Source of the DNA: Octopus sinensis
Taxonomy: Eukaryota
Length of the DNA: 64,000 nt
Assembly (NCBI RefSeq): GCF_006345805.1
Contig: NC_042997.1
Span: 163,928,001-163,992,000 of the forward strand
Direction of reading: 5' to 3'
Positions within the stretch are counted from its first letter, which is position 1. Each line of letters begins with the position of its first letter. The translations under genes and the position numbers were made by a program. Shown piece by piece: positions 51,660 through 63,359 of this stretch. The notes under the pieces are model-generated. The model had not been told where the DNA came from, did no database searches, and saw only the letters and a program-made list of their open reading frames with translations.

Positions 51660-52230
51660 CAATGCTACCCCCGCAGGTGAACTAGCATACTTTTTAGGAA
51701 AACCTTAGATAAGATGACTTTATGGATTAAAATAGTAGGAAGATCAGGGACCCCCATAAAATTCCTGATCTGCAGAGCATACCCATTTGAAAGAATCCCC
51801 TGTACAGATAGGAGCTGTATAGTGTGTACAGTAAACCCACAGATAAACTGTAAAACTAGGAACATAGTCTATAGCACATGATATACAGAGGCAAAGTGCA
51901 GAAATAGGATGAAGACCTACATTGAAGAGACAGCAAGTAGCATAGCAGAGCTGATAAGTGAACAATGGCAGGAACTGATGGAGAAGAAAAGCTCATCAGT
52001 GTTCTACCAATATGTTCAATTTGAACATGGAGGCATGGTTGACAACATGGATGTTAGGATCTTGTTGACGCATAGAACAGTCATGACACTCAGAGAGATT
52101 ACAGAGGCCATACACATAATAGAAGATAGACCAAGCTTCAACAGAAAATGTGAATGGAGTAATAACAGCCCACATATTACACCACACCATGCAACCTGAT
52201 GACTAAAGACAGAATGAGGAAAAATATATG
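51660..52230 (+). mobile_element. Penelope-like element fragment (GIY-YIG endonuclease)
   Basis: PCTDRSCIVC...NCKTRNIVY, KTYIEET (YIGET), REITEAIHI..RPSFNRKCEW: the C-terminal GIY-YIG pattern of Penelope-like elements. Confidence 0.7.
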
Positions 52231-52666
52231 ACACTGGTACTAATAGTGTAATATACAAATTATTGTACATGCACACAAGACACACATTTACATACTAAAG
52301 ACAAGAAGAAAGGGAAGATAAGAAATAAAATGAAAAATAGAATAGATAATTAAAAGACACAAATACAAACAGCGTAAAATGCAAACCCATATACATGCAC
52401 ATAGGACACATACTTACACACACATAAACATATGAGAAACATACTACAGAAAGATAAAATGGAATAAACAGGACAAGAGGAGACACATGGGACAAAGAAT
52501 CACTGGTGAGGTCACAGAATGTGTAACAAAAGAACTTTGACATACGTATAAACTAAAAATAATATGAATAAAAATTAAAATGAAGGTTGAATAAATAGTG
52601 CATGTGATTAATTATCAAACTGACAAAGACAAAAAAATGGCCATCCCCAAGTATAATACACACACA

Positions 52667-52713
<47 letters not shown>

Positions 52714-53837
52714 TAATGTAGCTGAAAAGGGACAGGGGATGGAGTGGTACAGACTGTAGCCATTTTGATCAAATTTTTTTATCAAGTATAATATACATAT
52801 GGTCAGAAACATCTTCCATAATAAAGTAATATTCTAAAACAATCTGACCTTTTCTAGAGTTAAAATTTGTTCAATAGTAACTATACACTCATTAACAAAT
52901 TTTTCTTTGATGTGCGGCTTTGCTTTATTTGTAATTAGCTCACACTCTTCATAGCTGTCTTTGTTATGGAAATGTTTCATTAATATGTATTTTGAAAACA
53001 TTTTGCTGATTGCATAAAAATTACTTTAAAAATGTTCTCTCAAACCTTCTGTCTATCTCTCTTTTTAATTATGATTTTCCTGGAGTAAAATACACCAGTG
53101 GTTTCTTGCAGACATCTACTCGTTTATTTACAGGATTTCTGCTAGTTTCCTGCTCTGCTGAGCTTACCCTTGAGCTATAAGGTTTGCTGAATCCTTAGGC
53201 AGGCATGGGGGACTGATTCACAAGGTATCAGTGCTTGTCCACATTGGTAGAGTTATGTGATACATGTCTAACGGTCTGCTCTTCTGTAAGTGTTGTATAC
53301 CTTAACCATAGTATAATTTTCTGTAACTTGACCCCTAACTGTGACCTTTGACAGATGATGTCATCATGCGTCAGAGCTAACCTAGGAAAAGTAATGACTA
53401 AGGAGTAATTCCATTCTCCCCAAAACTCATGAATTTTTAAGCTGGAGCCTCATTACTGGAGGTAGCTGAAATGCCAAGACTCTTTCAGTTTCTCATATTC
53501 TTTAGGCTTAGTCAAGTAGTAACATCCAAGACCTCTTATTATAAACTGTAAATAGAAATTTGTTTTCACAAACAAGACACACTTTTATTTGCATTCATGA
53601 AAATAATAATGATCATTTGACTTTTTTTTCATCAAAGAACTTTTGCTAACAACTCATTTTCTCTAATTGGTACACTTTGATGTTCCTTACAATAGTGATT
53701 TAAAGTATTTAATAAAATACGAAAATGTTACTTGTACTTAAAATAACTACATTTACTTTGTAATGATGCAATCAACAGCAAACCTAGACAAAAACAGTAT
53801 CACAATTCACACTGAATATTTATCATTAATAATAAGC

Positions 53838-54970
53838 ATGACCTTCGAACATTGAGCCTCATAGAGGCAATGATAAGCAACTAAGACCTTTCGAGATATG
53901 CCATGCTTGAGAAGACCTGGCAAACCAAGTCAGATCGATGCCTGTGTTACATAACTGGCCCATTTAAAAGCACCCTTCAATCGTTGGGTGATATGCTGTG
54001 CTTGTGAAGACCTGTTGAACCGAGTGAAATTGTAGTCATGGCTGATGCCAGTGCAGCCTGACTGGCATCTGTGCCAGTGACACATAAAAAACACCTTTTG
54101 AGCATGGCTGATACCAGTGCCACCTAAATGGCACCTATGCTGGTGGTATCAAAAAAGCACCGTTTGAGTATGACTGATGTCGCTGCTGCCTCACTGGCAC
54201 CCATGCTGGTGGCACGCAAAAGGCGCTATTTGAGCATGGCCAATGTCACTTTCACCTGACTGGTACCTGTGCTGGTGGCACATAAAAAGTACCATTTGAG
54301 CATAGCCGATACCAGTGTTGTCTGACTGGCACCTATGCCAGTGGCACATAAAAAGCACCATTTGAGTGTGGCGGGTGCCAGTTCCACCTGACTTGTACCC
54401 ATGCTGCCTGACTGGCACCTGTGCTGGTGGCATGTAAAAAGCAACATTCGAATGTGACCAATGCCAGTGCTGCCTAACTAACTCCTGTGCTGGTGGCATG
54501 TACAAAGCACCCACTACACTCTTGGAGTAGGAAGGGCATCCACCTGTAGAAACCTTGCCAAACCAGATTGGAGCCTGGTGCAGCCTCCCGGTTTGCCAGT
54601 TCTCAGTCAAACCGTCCAACCCATGCCAGCATAGAAAGCAGACATTAAACAATGATGATGATGGTGATGATGAATAAGTATTGAAGACTAGTCTCAAAAA
54701 CACTGAGCCTTTCAAAAAAAATGAAAAAGGACTGAGATATGTAGTGCATTGCTGTACTCAAGAAGACCCATCTACTACAGCAGAATTGATATCCAAAAAC
54801 CAAGGTGAAAAGCCACATAAAAAGTACCTAGTCCACTTTGTTAAGTGGTTGTCATTTGGAAGGGCAACCAATTATGGAACCTGGTGCAGCCCCAGGCCTT
54901 GCCAGCTCCTGTCAAGCTGTCCAATTCATGCCAGCATGGGAAACGGATGTTAAATGATGATGATGATGAT
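53838..54970 (+). mobile_element. RTE 3' end with older diverged tandem array (~54040-54515), followed by a second RTE tail fragment
   Basis: HDLRTLSLIEAM ORF end; about 7 diverged gtgc(c/t)ggtggcac(a/g)taaaaagcacc units; (GAT)n tails at 54652 and 54955. Confidence 0.85.
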
Positions 54971-54974
54971 AAAT

Positions 54975-55492
54975 AAGCATGCTTGTTGATTAAGAAGTTT
55001 GCTTCCCAAATCACATGGTTCTGAGTTCACTCCCATCGCATAGCATCTTGGGCAAAAGTTTTCTATTATTACTTAGGGCCAGCAAGAGCCTTGTGAGTAG
55101 ATTTGATAGATGAAAACTGAAAGAAACCTATCATATATGAATGTGTGTGAGTGTGTGTGTTTGTTTCTCCTTTTCTTGCCATTATGTAAAGACTGTAAAT
55201 GGGTATCACTGTTATACAACTAATGTCATTCATTTCCAATGAAAACATGGCTGGCCATGGGGAAATATTACCTCGCTTGGAAACCAAAAACATTTGGGCA
55301 TAGGAAAGGCATCTGCTTCAATGAATTTCATCTGACCCATGCAAGCATAGAAAAACTAGGAGTAGCTGTGTGGTAAGTAGCTTGCTTACCAACCACATGG
55401 TTCCAGGTTCAGTCCCACAGCATGGCACCTTGGGCAAGTGTCTTCTACTATAGCCTTGGGCTTGATAGACGAAAACTGAAAGAAACCCATCG

Positions 55493-55523
<31 letters not shown>

Positions 55524-55530
55524 TATATAT

Positions 55531-55598
<68 letters not shown>

Positions 55599-55811
55599 AT
55601 GTTTGTGTGTCTGTGTTTGTCCCCCCAACATCGCTTGACAACCAATGCTGATGTGTTTACGTCCCCATAACTTAGCGGTTCGGCAAAAGAGACCGATAGA
55701 ATAAGTACTAGGCTTACAAAGAATAAGTCCTGGGGCTTAATTGTTCGACTAAAGGTGGTGCTCCAGCATGGCCACCGTCAAATGACTGAAACAAGTAAAA
55801 GAGTAAAAGAG
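54975..55811 (+). mobile_element. SINE A2 (54975-55355) with a young SINE A (55359-55811) inserted into its tail
   Basis: The A2 tail ...gcaagcatagaaaaa resumes as cattaaaatggcaatgatg after the family A copy. Confidence 0.8.
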
Positions 55812-56230
55812 CATTAAAATGGCAATGATGAAGATGACAACGATGATGATGAATGCCTAATGAGGCAGAATAAAAACCAGGAAGTGGAGAGGGAAGAATA
55901 ATGCTGAATGCTACTGCTGAATGCTAATAAAGGTGTGGCTAATACATCCTAATTTGTAAGTATTCTGATTCATAATTACTGTCACAAAATGATCATTACA
56001 ACTTGCAGAAATTTGTTTATGCCTTACGGAATGTTGGAAAAACAAATTATATTTAATTACAGTTTAAATTCTAAAACTTAACTGCTTACTTTTTTTTATT
56101 TACATATATATAGTCTTTTTTTTTGTTAGTTTATATGGGTTTTTAATGAAATTTGTCAGTGGTTAGTTTAAAATTTGAATGTAAGTAAACTCTTATTCAC
56201 AGCTGATACTCTTCGCCCAATACTCTGAGG

Positions 56231-56792
56231 CAGTGGTTCTCAACCATTTTTTGCCTACGGCATCCTTTGATTACTATTTCATTCTGGTGGACCCCCATAG
56301 CCATTCAATGTTTAACCCTTTAGTATTTAAACTGGTCATATTCAGTCAAAATATTCTGCCTGTTTTATGTTCAAACTGGCCATATCCAGCCCCTCTGGTC
56401 TACCCTACAATGTTACCCTAAAAATAAACAATCACATCATTGAAATCTCAAAGCCACAAGATAATGCATGATTAATTCAAAACAATGTGAATAAATAAGC
56501 ATTAAATTTGGCAGAATAATCTGAATGCTAAAGGGTTAAAGACTAGCTTCATAGATATTTTTTCAAAATTCCTATTTTGTTTTCCTCACATTAAAATGTA
56601 TAGGTTGAAGTACATAAAATGTTAGAGAAAGAAATCTTGCTGTTTCTTGTAATAAATACATCCAAAGTAAGATATTTTCATGGACCCTTAAAATACTAAT
56701 TGTGGACCTCCAATATACTATTTTGCTTGTGTGAGCCCCCAGTCTTACATGGACCCCCCAGGGATCATATAGACCCCAGCTGAGAACCACTG
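56231..56792. mobile_element. hAT (Charlie-like) MITE with 8-bp TSD
   Basis: TIRs cagtggttctca / tgagaaccactg; TSD ctctgagg vs ctctaaag (6/8). Confidence 0.8.
56316..56535. mobile_element. piggyBac-type MITE P2 nested in the hAT MITE
   Basis: ttaa|ccctttag ... ctaaaggg|ttaa. Confidence 0.88.
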
Positions 56793-56949
56793 CTCTAAAG
56801 GCATACATTACTCTTTTATTTATAATAGTTATAATGCAATATGAAGTCAAAAGATTGATAGGATCCTACAACTCTACTTAATGAAGAATAGTTGTTAGTA
56901 TATTGAATAATAGACACTTGTAATTCATTTCATTTAGCTAAGATAAAAA

Positions 56950-58900
56950 TAAGGGTAACTTCATCCAAAGTCAAATTTCTTCCACGACACATCAATAAAT
57001 GTCATCAGAAATTTTCTCCTTTTGCAATACAAGTCACATTATCAGAAGTTCAAACAGCTCTGTGTAAATTACTAAGTAGTTCAGAAAGTTCAGAAGGTAA
57101 CCAGGGTAATAGAGAATTATATTTTTCTACTTTGTGTCTATTGTGAAAAGACATAAATATAAAACTTGATAACACTCCAGCTTTTATTTTTCACATGGGA
57201 CCTATATTTCAAAAAATTAAGTTAGTAGTTCATTTATATTTAGTGCCTACATGGAAAAATATTAAATTTACAGCCTTCTCTTACAGCTTACACAAAATTA
57301 CAGTAGGCAAAAATAATTTGTTTCAGTACAATTTTACTTAAGAAAAAGATGATGATTGAAAGTTGGCAATCAATAATGAGTTACTTCTCTGATATGTTGA
57401 GAATTGTAACATAAGATGTGTTTAGTTTAGTGAGGGAAGAAGAAACGAACAAAAGGAATCTAATGTAAGCTATATATCATGGATTAAAAAAAAATGAACA
57501 ATGTGCTTCATTCAGTTAGTAGAAATGAATACATACCAAAATTTGTAGTGTTCCTTGAAGTAAAACTCATTTATCTGCTTAACTTAACTCCTTCCAACAA
57601 TTTCTTTGCAAATATTCAAATTTTTACAAGTAATGTTTCATGTAAGACAAAGTTTCATAAAAATAGAAAACTCCTTCAACCACTTAGTAGACGCTCAACT
57701 ATCTCCTGTCTCTATGAAATCGTCATCCTTGGTAATTCCAAAGCTCTGATGGCACTCATACATCTTTCACCAAAGCAGGGATGAAATCATTTATTATTCT
57801 GAACTGTCTACATTAGTTTGTATTCAAGTCTATCTGTACCCTTGACCAATACACTTCAAACATCCTTGACTTCTTTCTCTATTCCAATCTCAATTTTCTC
57901 CTAGTTGTCATTTTTCTGTCTCTATCCGATCATTTGGCTACATTCAGTCAAGGTAACTCACTTCACATCTTTCTTCTGTACAACAACCTAACAACACACA
58001 CATGTGCATGTACACACATGCATGCATGCACGCACACACACACACCAGTCCAAATAACCAGTCAGAATTGTATCAGTGGCATGCTAACTAAATCATGACA
58101 GCAAATGTGCTTCATCTATGACCGATCTGAAATACCTGTATGAATAATTAATACAATTTTCCTAGGCTTTTCTTTTCACATCACTCATACAATTAAATCT
58201 TAAAATCCCAAACCCCAAAATGGTTCAGCTGCAGCTACACAAGAAAAGAACACAATACATTGAAAAAGTCTATTACCATTACTGAAAAGGAAGATTTACT
58301 CACCAACATTATGTCTGTAAGACATGTCAGAAGAAAATTAATATACCTCTGTGAACTGCTCAAATAGAAAGTTCTTTTGTCTCTCAAATTGCTGCCAAGC
58401 TTTTATCTGATTTCATTGCAAAATAATTTGCACTAATTTAGTTATATCTTCCCACCCCTCAATCCTCAACCAATGTCATTCTGTGAGCAGTGTGGCTTTT
58501 TCTATAACATATCAAGTATTGTCTGCTTTGCTACAAAAAAACATTTCCTAAACTCTGCTTTCTCACCCATACCTGTTTTATTGCCAAGTATATGCAGTTG
58601 CCAAATGTGAAAACTCCATGCAATCCAACCCCAAAATGGTGACCAGTAAAGACAGTGCCTTCTCCAGCATTCTTAAACTCTTAGCTCTGTCTCTTTTTAT
58701 GCAGCTTTTCCTCAGTTTGTGAATATACACAATGATGTGTCTCATTTCCAAGAGAAGCACCTTTTTGACACTGTCATCTATTGATGTATCATATTTTATT
58801 TTGAATAGGATGGAAAGAATTACAACAACCAAATCCTTCATTACCTTGAAACACATACACAAATTCTTTCTCATTGATCACCATTATTGTTTCAGCAGTT
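56950..58900 (-). mobile_element. Possible Tigger/pogo transposase fossil
   Basis: Remnant LRMLEKALSL resembling a CENP-B-type HTH, plus weak DDE-region remnants; very decayed. Confidence 0.35.
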
Positions 58901-58956
58901 TCAGATTTATAGAAATTTACCTCTTTTTGCCATTCATTGGTGGTATTTTGTCCTTG

Positions 58957-59137
58957 AAGGCGGCGAGCTGGCAGAAACGTTAGCACGCTGGGCAAAATGC
59001 GTAGCCGTATTTTGTCTGCTGTTACGTTCTGAGTTCAAATTCCGCTGAGGTCGACTTTGCCTATAATCGACTTAATCCCTTTGTCTGTCCTTGTTTGTCC
59101 TCTCTGCGTTTAGCCCCTTGTGGGTAGTAAAGAAAAA
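58957..59137 (+). mobile_element. SINE family B (internal deletion) with 15-bp TSD
   Basis: TSD ggtattttgtccttg at 58942-58956 and 59138-59152. Confidence 0.88.
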
Positions 59138-59449
59138 GGTATTTTGTCCTTGCAAACTTCAATGGAAGCAATGTTATTGCCCTTGACATCAGAAAATCCT
59201 TTTGACTATGTCTGACATGCGAAATGAAGTTGTATACTTGAAGGTGCCGCTTACTGTTTTGTATTTTTAATCCAAAATTTACTTCCAGGCATCAAAATAT
59301 GCACACATGTGTCACTCTCTGACTTACATCTTACCAACTCTGGTGCATCCAAGTTTTGGTTATGTCTCTCTTAATTAATGATCTGTTTTGATTAAATAAA
59401 AGCACATTCCTATGCAAATGAGACCAGCTTTCACTGTTTATCAATCTTT

Positions 59450-59900
59450 TGTTGATAAGCATCACCCAAACACAATCTAGACATCTCACCCTAGATATGC
59501 ACTGCTTCCATGTGAGTTAAAATGTAATCTCTAGTGACAACATTACAATTTAGTATCTACTTCGATTACATATACCAATACAACAGCTTTGCCCTTTTCC
59601 TCCACAACTAAAACACACAATATCATTACAAATCCTAGCCTCACAATATTCAATGAACTTTCATGAAGACTTCACATTGCTAATTTTGAAACTCCAAGGC
59701 AAGGCTTACTCTTCAGGATCCAGAAAATACTTTGGTTCTGATCAGCTACTGACCCTTGAAAAAGCTGAAATAAGATTCATACTGAACTACAACTCAAAAT
59801 TCTGGATAGTACAGCTGCTCCACTACAGCAATTACTGAATGTATTAAAAAGTGCTATTGCTAGGGGCATACCACTTCCACTCTCATTCACCCGATACAAA
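59450..59900 (+). mobile_element. CR1/L2-group LINE RT C-terminal fossil
   Basis: RKYFGSDQLLTLEKAEIRFILNYNSKFW resembles the RKYF...LL.LYKAQIRP.LEY.S..W motif. Confidence 0.65.
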
Positions 59901-60059
59901 TGCTTCTTTTCTCAAGTGAACCTTAAAACCCAATATTAAACATGCAATGAAAGATGTCTACAAATTTGATTCTTAAATGGGAATCTAAAAAAAGATATTT
60001 CGTTTTTGGATTTGGTTTGCAAGATTCTTTATATGAGTTCGTGTGTTGAAGCATATTCT

Positions 60060-60261
60060 GTTGTGTCTGGGGAGAGTCATTTTCTTTTTGTGCCTTATTA
60101 TGTAACACACTCACCGGTAAAAGAGAGTCAAAACTATTGAAAAGGTTGCAAGACGCAACAAAAATTTTAGGACAATAAAAATAGGGAAAAAGTGGAAATT
60201 TTACCAGTGAGTGTGTTACATAATAAGGCACAAAAAGAAAATGACTCTTCCCAGACACAAC
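60060..60261. repeat. Fold-back inverted repeat, ~62-bp arms, ~76-bp spacer
   Basis: gttgtgtctggggagagtcattttctttttgtgccttattatgtaacacactcaccggtaaaa (60060-60122) vs ttttaccagtgagtgtgttacataataaggcacaaaaagaaaatgactcttcccagacacaac (60199-60261). Confidence 0.92.
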
Positions 60262-61080
60262 ATAACAAAAGATATGATTACACAGAATTTGTTTACTGAA
60301 TGTTTTTTTGAACATTTCTGCTACAGTCAAATTTTACTGTGAGAAGAGTTTCTAACCCAAGGCAGTCCTGGTTTTGGTCATACTTAAAAATCTTAATTCA
60401 CTCCAAATGCACATATCTCTTGAATATGTTTTCCATTCCACAAAACACAGTTTAACAATCACAACTTATAGATCAGGGATTCCTTTGTTTGTAAGGCATA
60501 TTCTCTTTCAAAAAGTCAACTGATTACAGCCACTGATGAAAAATATTGTATCAAAGAATTCTGGTAAAATTACAACATTAAGTATCTGATAAAAATATTA
60601 AAGTCTTCTAAGAAGTTAAGCAGATATGTCTTGTTATTGGTTAGAAAAATGTTGTATTAAAATGTACTTAAGAAATTTCATAGAATAGAGATGAAACAAA
60701 TTCAGTCAGTAATAGCCTTGTACAAATAGTGCAGAAATTGAGATTTGAAGAAGTTGACATATTTGACATTCAGGATTTATTATTACAAGCTGATAATGAA
60801 ACCCTCATCTATGAAAAGCTAAAGGAGTCAACAAAACTTCATGCATCTTGTTGAGATTGTGAAGAAGAAAATGCTTCACAACTGATTTTAACAGCAGAGA
60901 TTTTATCTAAAAGCCTTTGTGAAATAACTTGTGCTTTAGAGTGATTTTCAGAAAATGATCCAAATTTTGAACAAAGTATGCAAGTTAAAACATCTGAAAT
61001 GGTAGGAGAGAATGGTTATAGAGAAAAATTAGAGTTTCATAGGAGAACAAGTCAACTATTGATGTCTATTTCATAAAAAT
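60262..61080 (+). mobile_element. Tigger/pogo transposase C-terminal fossil
   Basis: Remnants ITQNLFTE, DQGI, IKEFW.NYNI, IVQKLRFEEVDIFDIQDLL. Confidence 0.6.
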
Positions 61081-61155
61081 AAAAATCTAGCAGAAATAGT
61101 AGTACCATATGATTTACTGTTTCATAATTTTTATAACTTGCATAATGTAAAGTAA

Positions 61156-61189
<34 letters not shown>

Positions 61190-61410
61190 TTGATTGAATT
61201 ATAATTTTGTTCAAAGTAGTGTGTGTGCGTGTGTGTGTGTGTGAGTGTAAGTGTAGGTTTACTGTATTTTAAATAAATTTTTTTCCGATAATTAAAAGAA
61301 CTTATCTACTTAAAAATTATATTTGACTATTTTACGTTCATCTGAAAATGAAGTTTCTGATAGAGAGATAAAAAAAAATGGAAGCTAATTTTGTTAAGCA
61401 AGGTATTGGT

Positions 61411-61428
61411 TTGTGTGTGTGTGTGTGA

Positions 61429-61483
<55 letters not shown>

Positions 61484-61485
61484 TG
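61411..61485. repeat. (TG)n(GA)n microsatellite ~80 nt into the intron from the exon donor
   Basis: Direct inspection. Confidence 0.95.
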
Positions 61486-61565
61486 GTGTTAGAGAGAAGA
61501 AAAGAGTGGAACAGGGCAGGGAGGGAGAAAGAGATTTGTAGACATGCTAATTTCTAGTAACTTAC

Positions 61566-61631
61566 TTGTTTAATAAGCATCTTTACATGATCAATATTGC
61601 CATAGGATGCTGCTCTGTGAAGTGCTGTTCT
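61566..61631 (-). CDS. INVS: Inversin (ankyrin-repeat protein) internal coding exon, 66 nt, phase 0/0
   Basis: Minus strand: cttctgctttttcttcttcag|AGA ACA GCA CTT CAC AGA GCA GCA TCC TAT GGC AAT ATT GAT CAT GTA AAG ATG CTT ATT AAA CAA|gtaagt = RTALHRAASYGNIDHVKMLIKQ. Matches recalled vertebrate inversin QTALHWSAYYNNPEHVKLLIKH. Strong polypyrimidine acceptor and GTAAGT donor. Confidence 0.9.
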
Positions 61632-63359
61632 CTGAAGAAGAAAAAGCAGAAGAAAAAAAATAACAGAAACAATGAATTAAAAGAACATATATTCAGAGGC
61701 AGTATATATTTTCTTTACTGTATTGTAACACTTTTATATCAAAATGAATGAAATGAAAGTGGTAACCATTAACATTTTAATATCTCCGATCATCTTAGGT
61801 ATATTTTAATAAAGCAACATAAGAACAAACAAATCTCTGAAATTACAATAAAGTGCATTTATACTTTGATACATTGGCATTTAGCCACTTCCATTAATGG
61901 TATATAATATATAAACAATGTTGCCAGCACTAATAAAGTGTTTTCTTATTTCATATAACAGTCTATATAATTGTAGAACCTGCATTTTTTTTTTATTTTC
62001 AGTTTAACAAGGCAATAAATATTAATTTAATGAAAAAAATTATTGGTGGTTATTTTATGATAGAAATTTGTATATATTATCTCTGTACAAAGAATTTATG
62101 TTCTATTTCAACCAATATAGATATTTGATCTAGTTTGTTGATGGAGACTAGCAATAATATTATCACTTACTGGAACAAAACCAGAATTTATCAATCAATA
62201 ACTTTAGTGTCGCTTAATTGGAATTCTCAGGGGAGCAACAGGCAATGTTCGTGAAGTAGAATTCTAACAAAAGGCAACAAGTCATTAAAAATTTATAAAA
62301 ATTTACAATATTTAAAAGGAAGTAAAAGAAAAAAAATAATTGACAAAAAAAAAAAAGATAACAGGCTTAGCAGTATTCCACTGATTGGATCATTTCAGTT
62401 ATGCATTATGGATATTTGAGAAAGTTGACAAGTAATTGATCAGCTGCGGGAAATCAATATCTGAAGCAACAAATCAATTTAGGTAATTATTCACAGCTAA
62501 TAACTTCAGCGTTATAAATTAGGATAAGAAAAAAATAAGAAGCAGTTTTTCTGTTCTTCAGTCCTGTCCTAATATTGAGTGACCTAAGCAGATTATATAT
62601 AAACAAATATGTAATCCTTTGTAAGATGGTCAAAGCAGCAAAATTTGTTAACTTTCTAAGCATGTAAAAATTTTTTTGGTTTTTGGTGAAAAATTTGTGA
62701 AGTTGAAAATAAATGAAAAATATAAAATAAACATGGCTTTCGCTGGTTCATTATCATCAATTATTACAGCACCAAATCACAAGTATGAGAAAAACTTTAC
62801 AAAGGACTTCATCAAATTGATTGGGTTTACTCTCCTACATTTTTCATTCAATACACACACACACACACAAAAAGCTTTTTGGCTATATTTTTCAAACTAT
62901 TCATTCTATAACAGCAGCTAATAACAAATTTACTATTAAAGGGAAAAAAAAAAAATAAGTAAAAACAACTCTCTTCACTCCATGACTGCACCTTTTGGCC
63001 ACAATCCAAAATGTATGTCAGCTAAATTATGTGCTTCTGCTGTTTCAAAACTCACCAATCCTAATACATTACTATTCTGTCAGTAATAGCTGTACTTGCT
63101 CTTGTTTCCAACAGCATGTTATTTCATATTAACTATAACACAATAAACAATATACAACACCCGACTTTTCAACAGCAACATTAGATGTAATTTAGATATG
63201 AATCTGCAGCTCATACAACTTAAGCCCATATTGTCTGGCAATATGTCATGCTTAATTTTTACAAGCATACAATTTATTTTTTTCTTTCTTTTCTTTTATT
63301 TGCTGAGTCTGGAGGAAGGGGCAGTGCCCATGATTTTTGCATGTCCTCCAAGTTCAGTA

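Larger units (their letters stand above)
8512..61565 (-). other. INVS: 53,054-nt GT-AG intron of inversin
   Basis: GT at 61565-61564 and AG at 8513-8512 (minus strand). The two exons join without a gap relative to recalled inversin, so no constitutive exon is needed between them. Confidence 0.82.

Noticed and set aside
52190-52235. CTGATGA...GAAA after the Penelope GIY-YIG ORF (hammerhead candidate)
   Set aside because: The context fits, but stems II and III cannot be formed convincingly.
62365-62460. Acceptor-like site tttgttgcttcag followed by a short open frame
   Set aside because: No matching donor and no recognisable protein; insufficient support.
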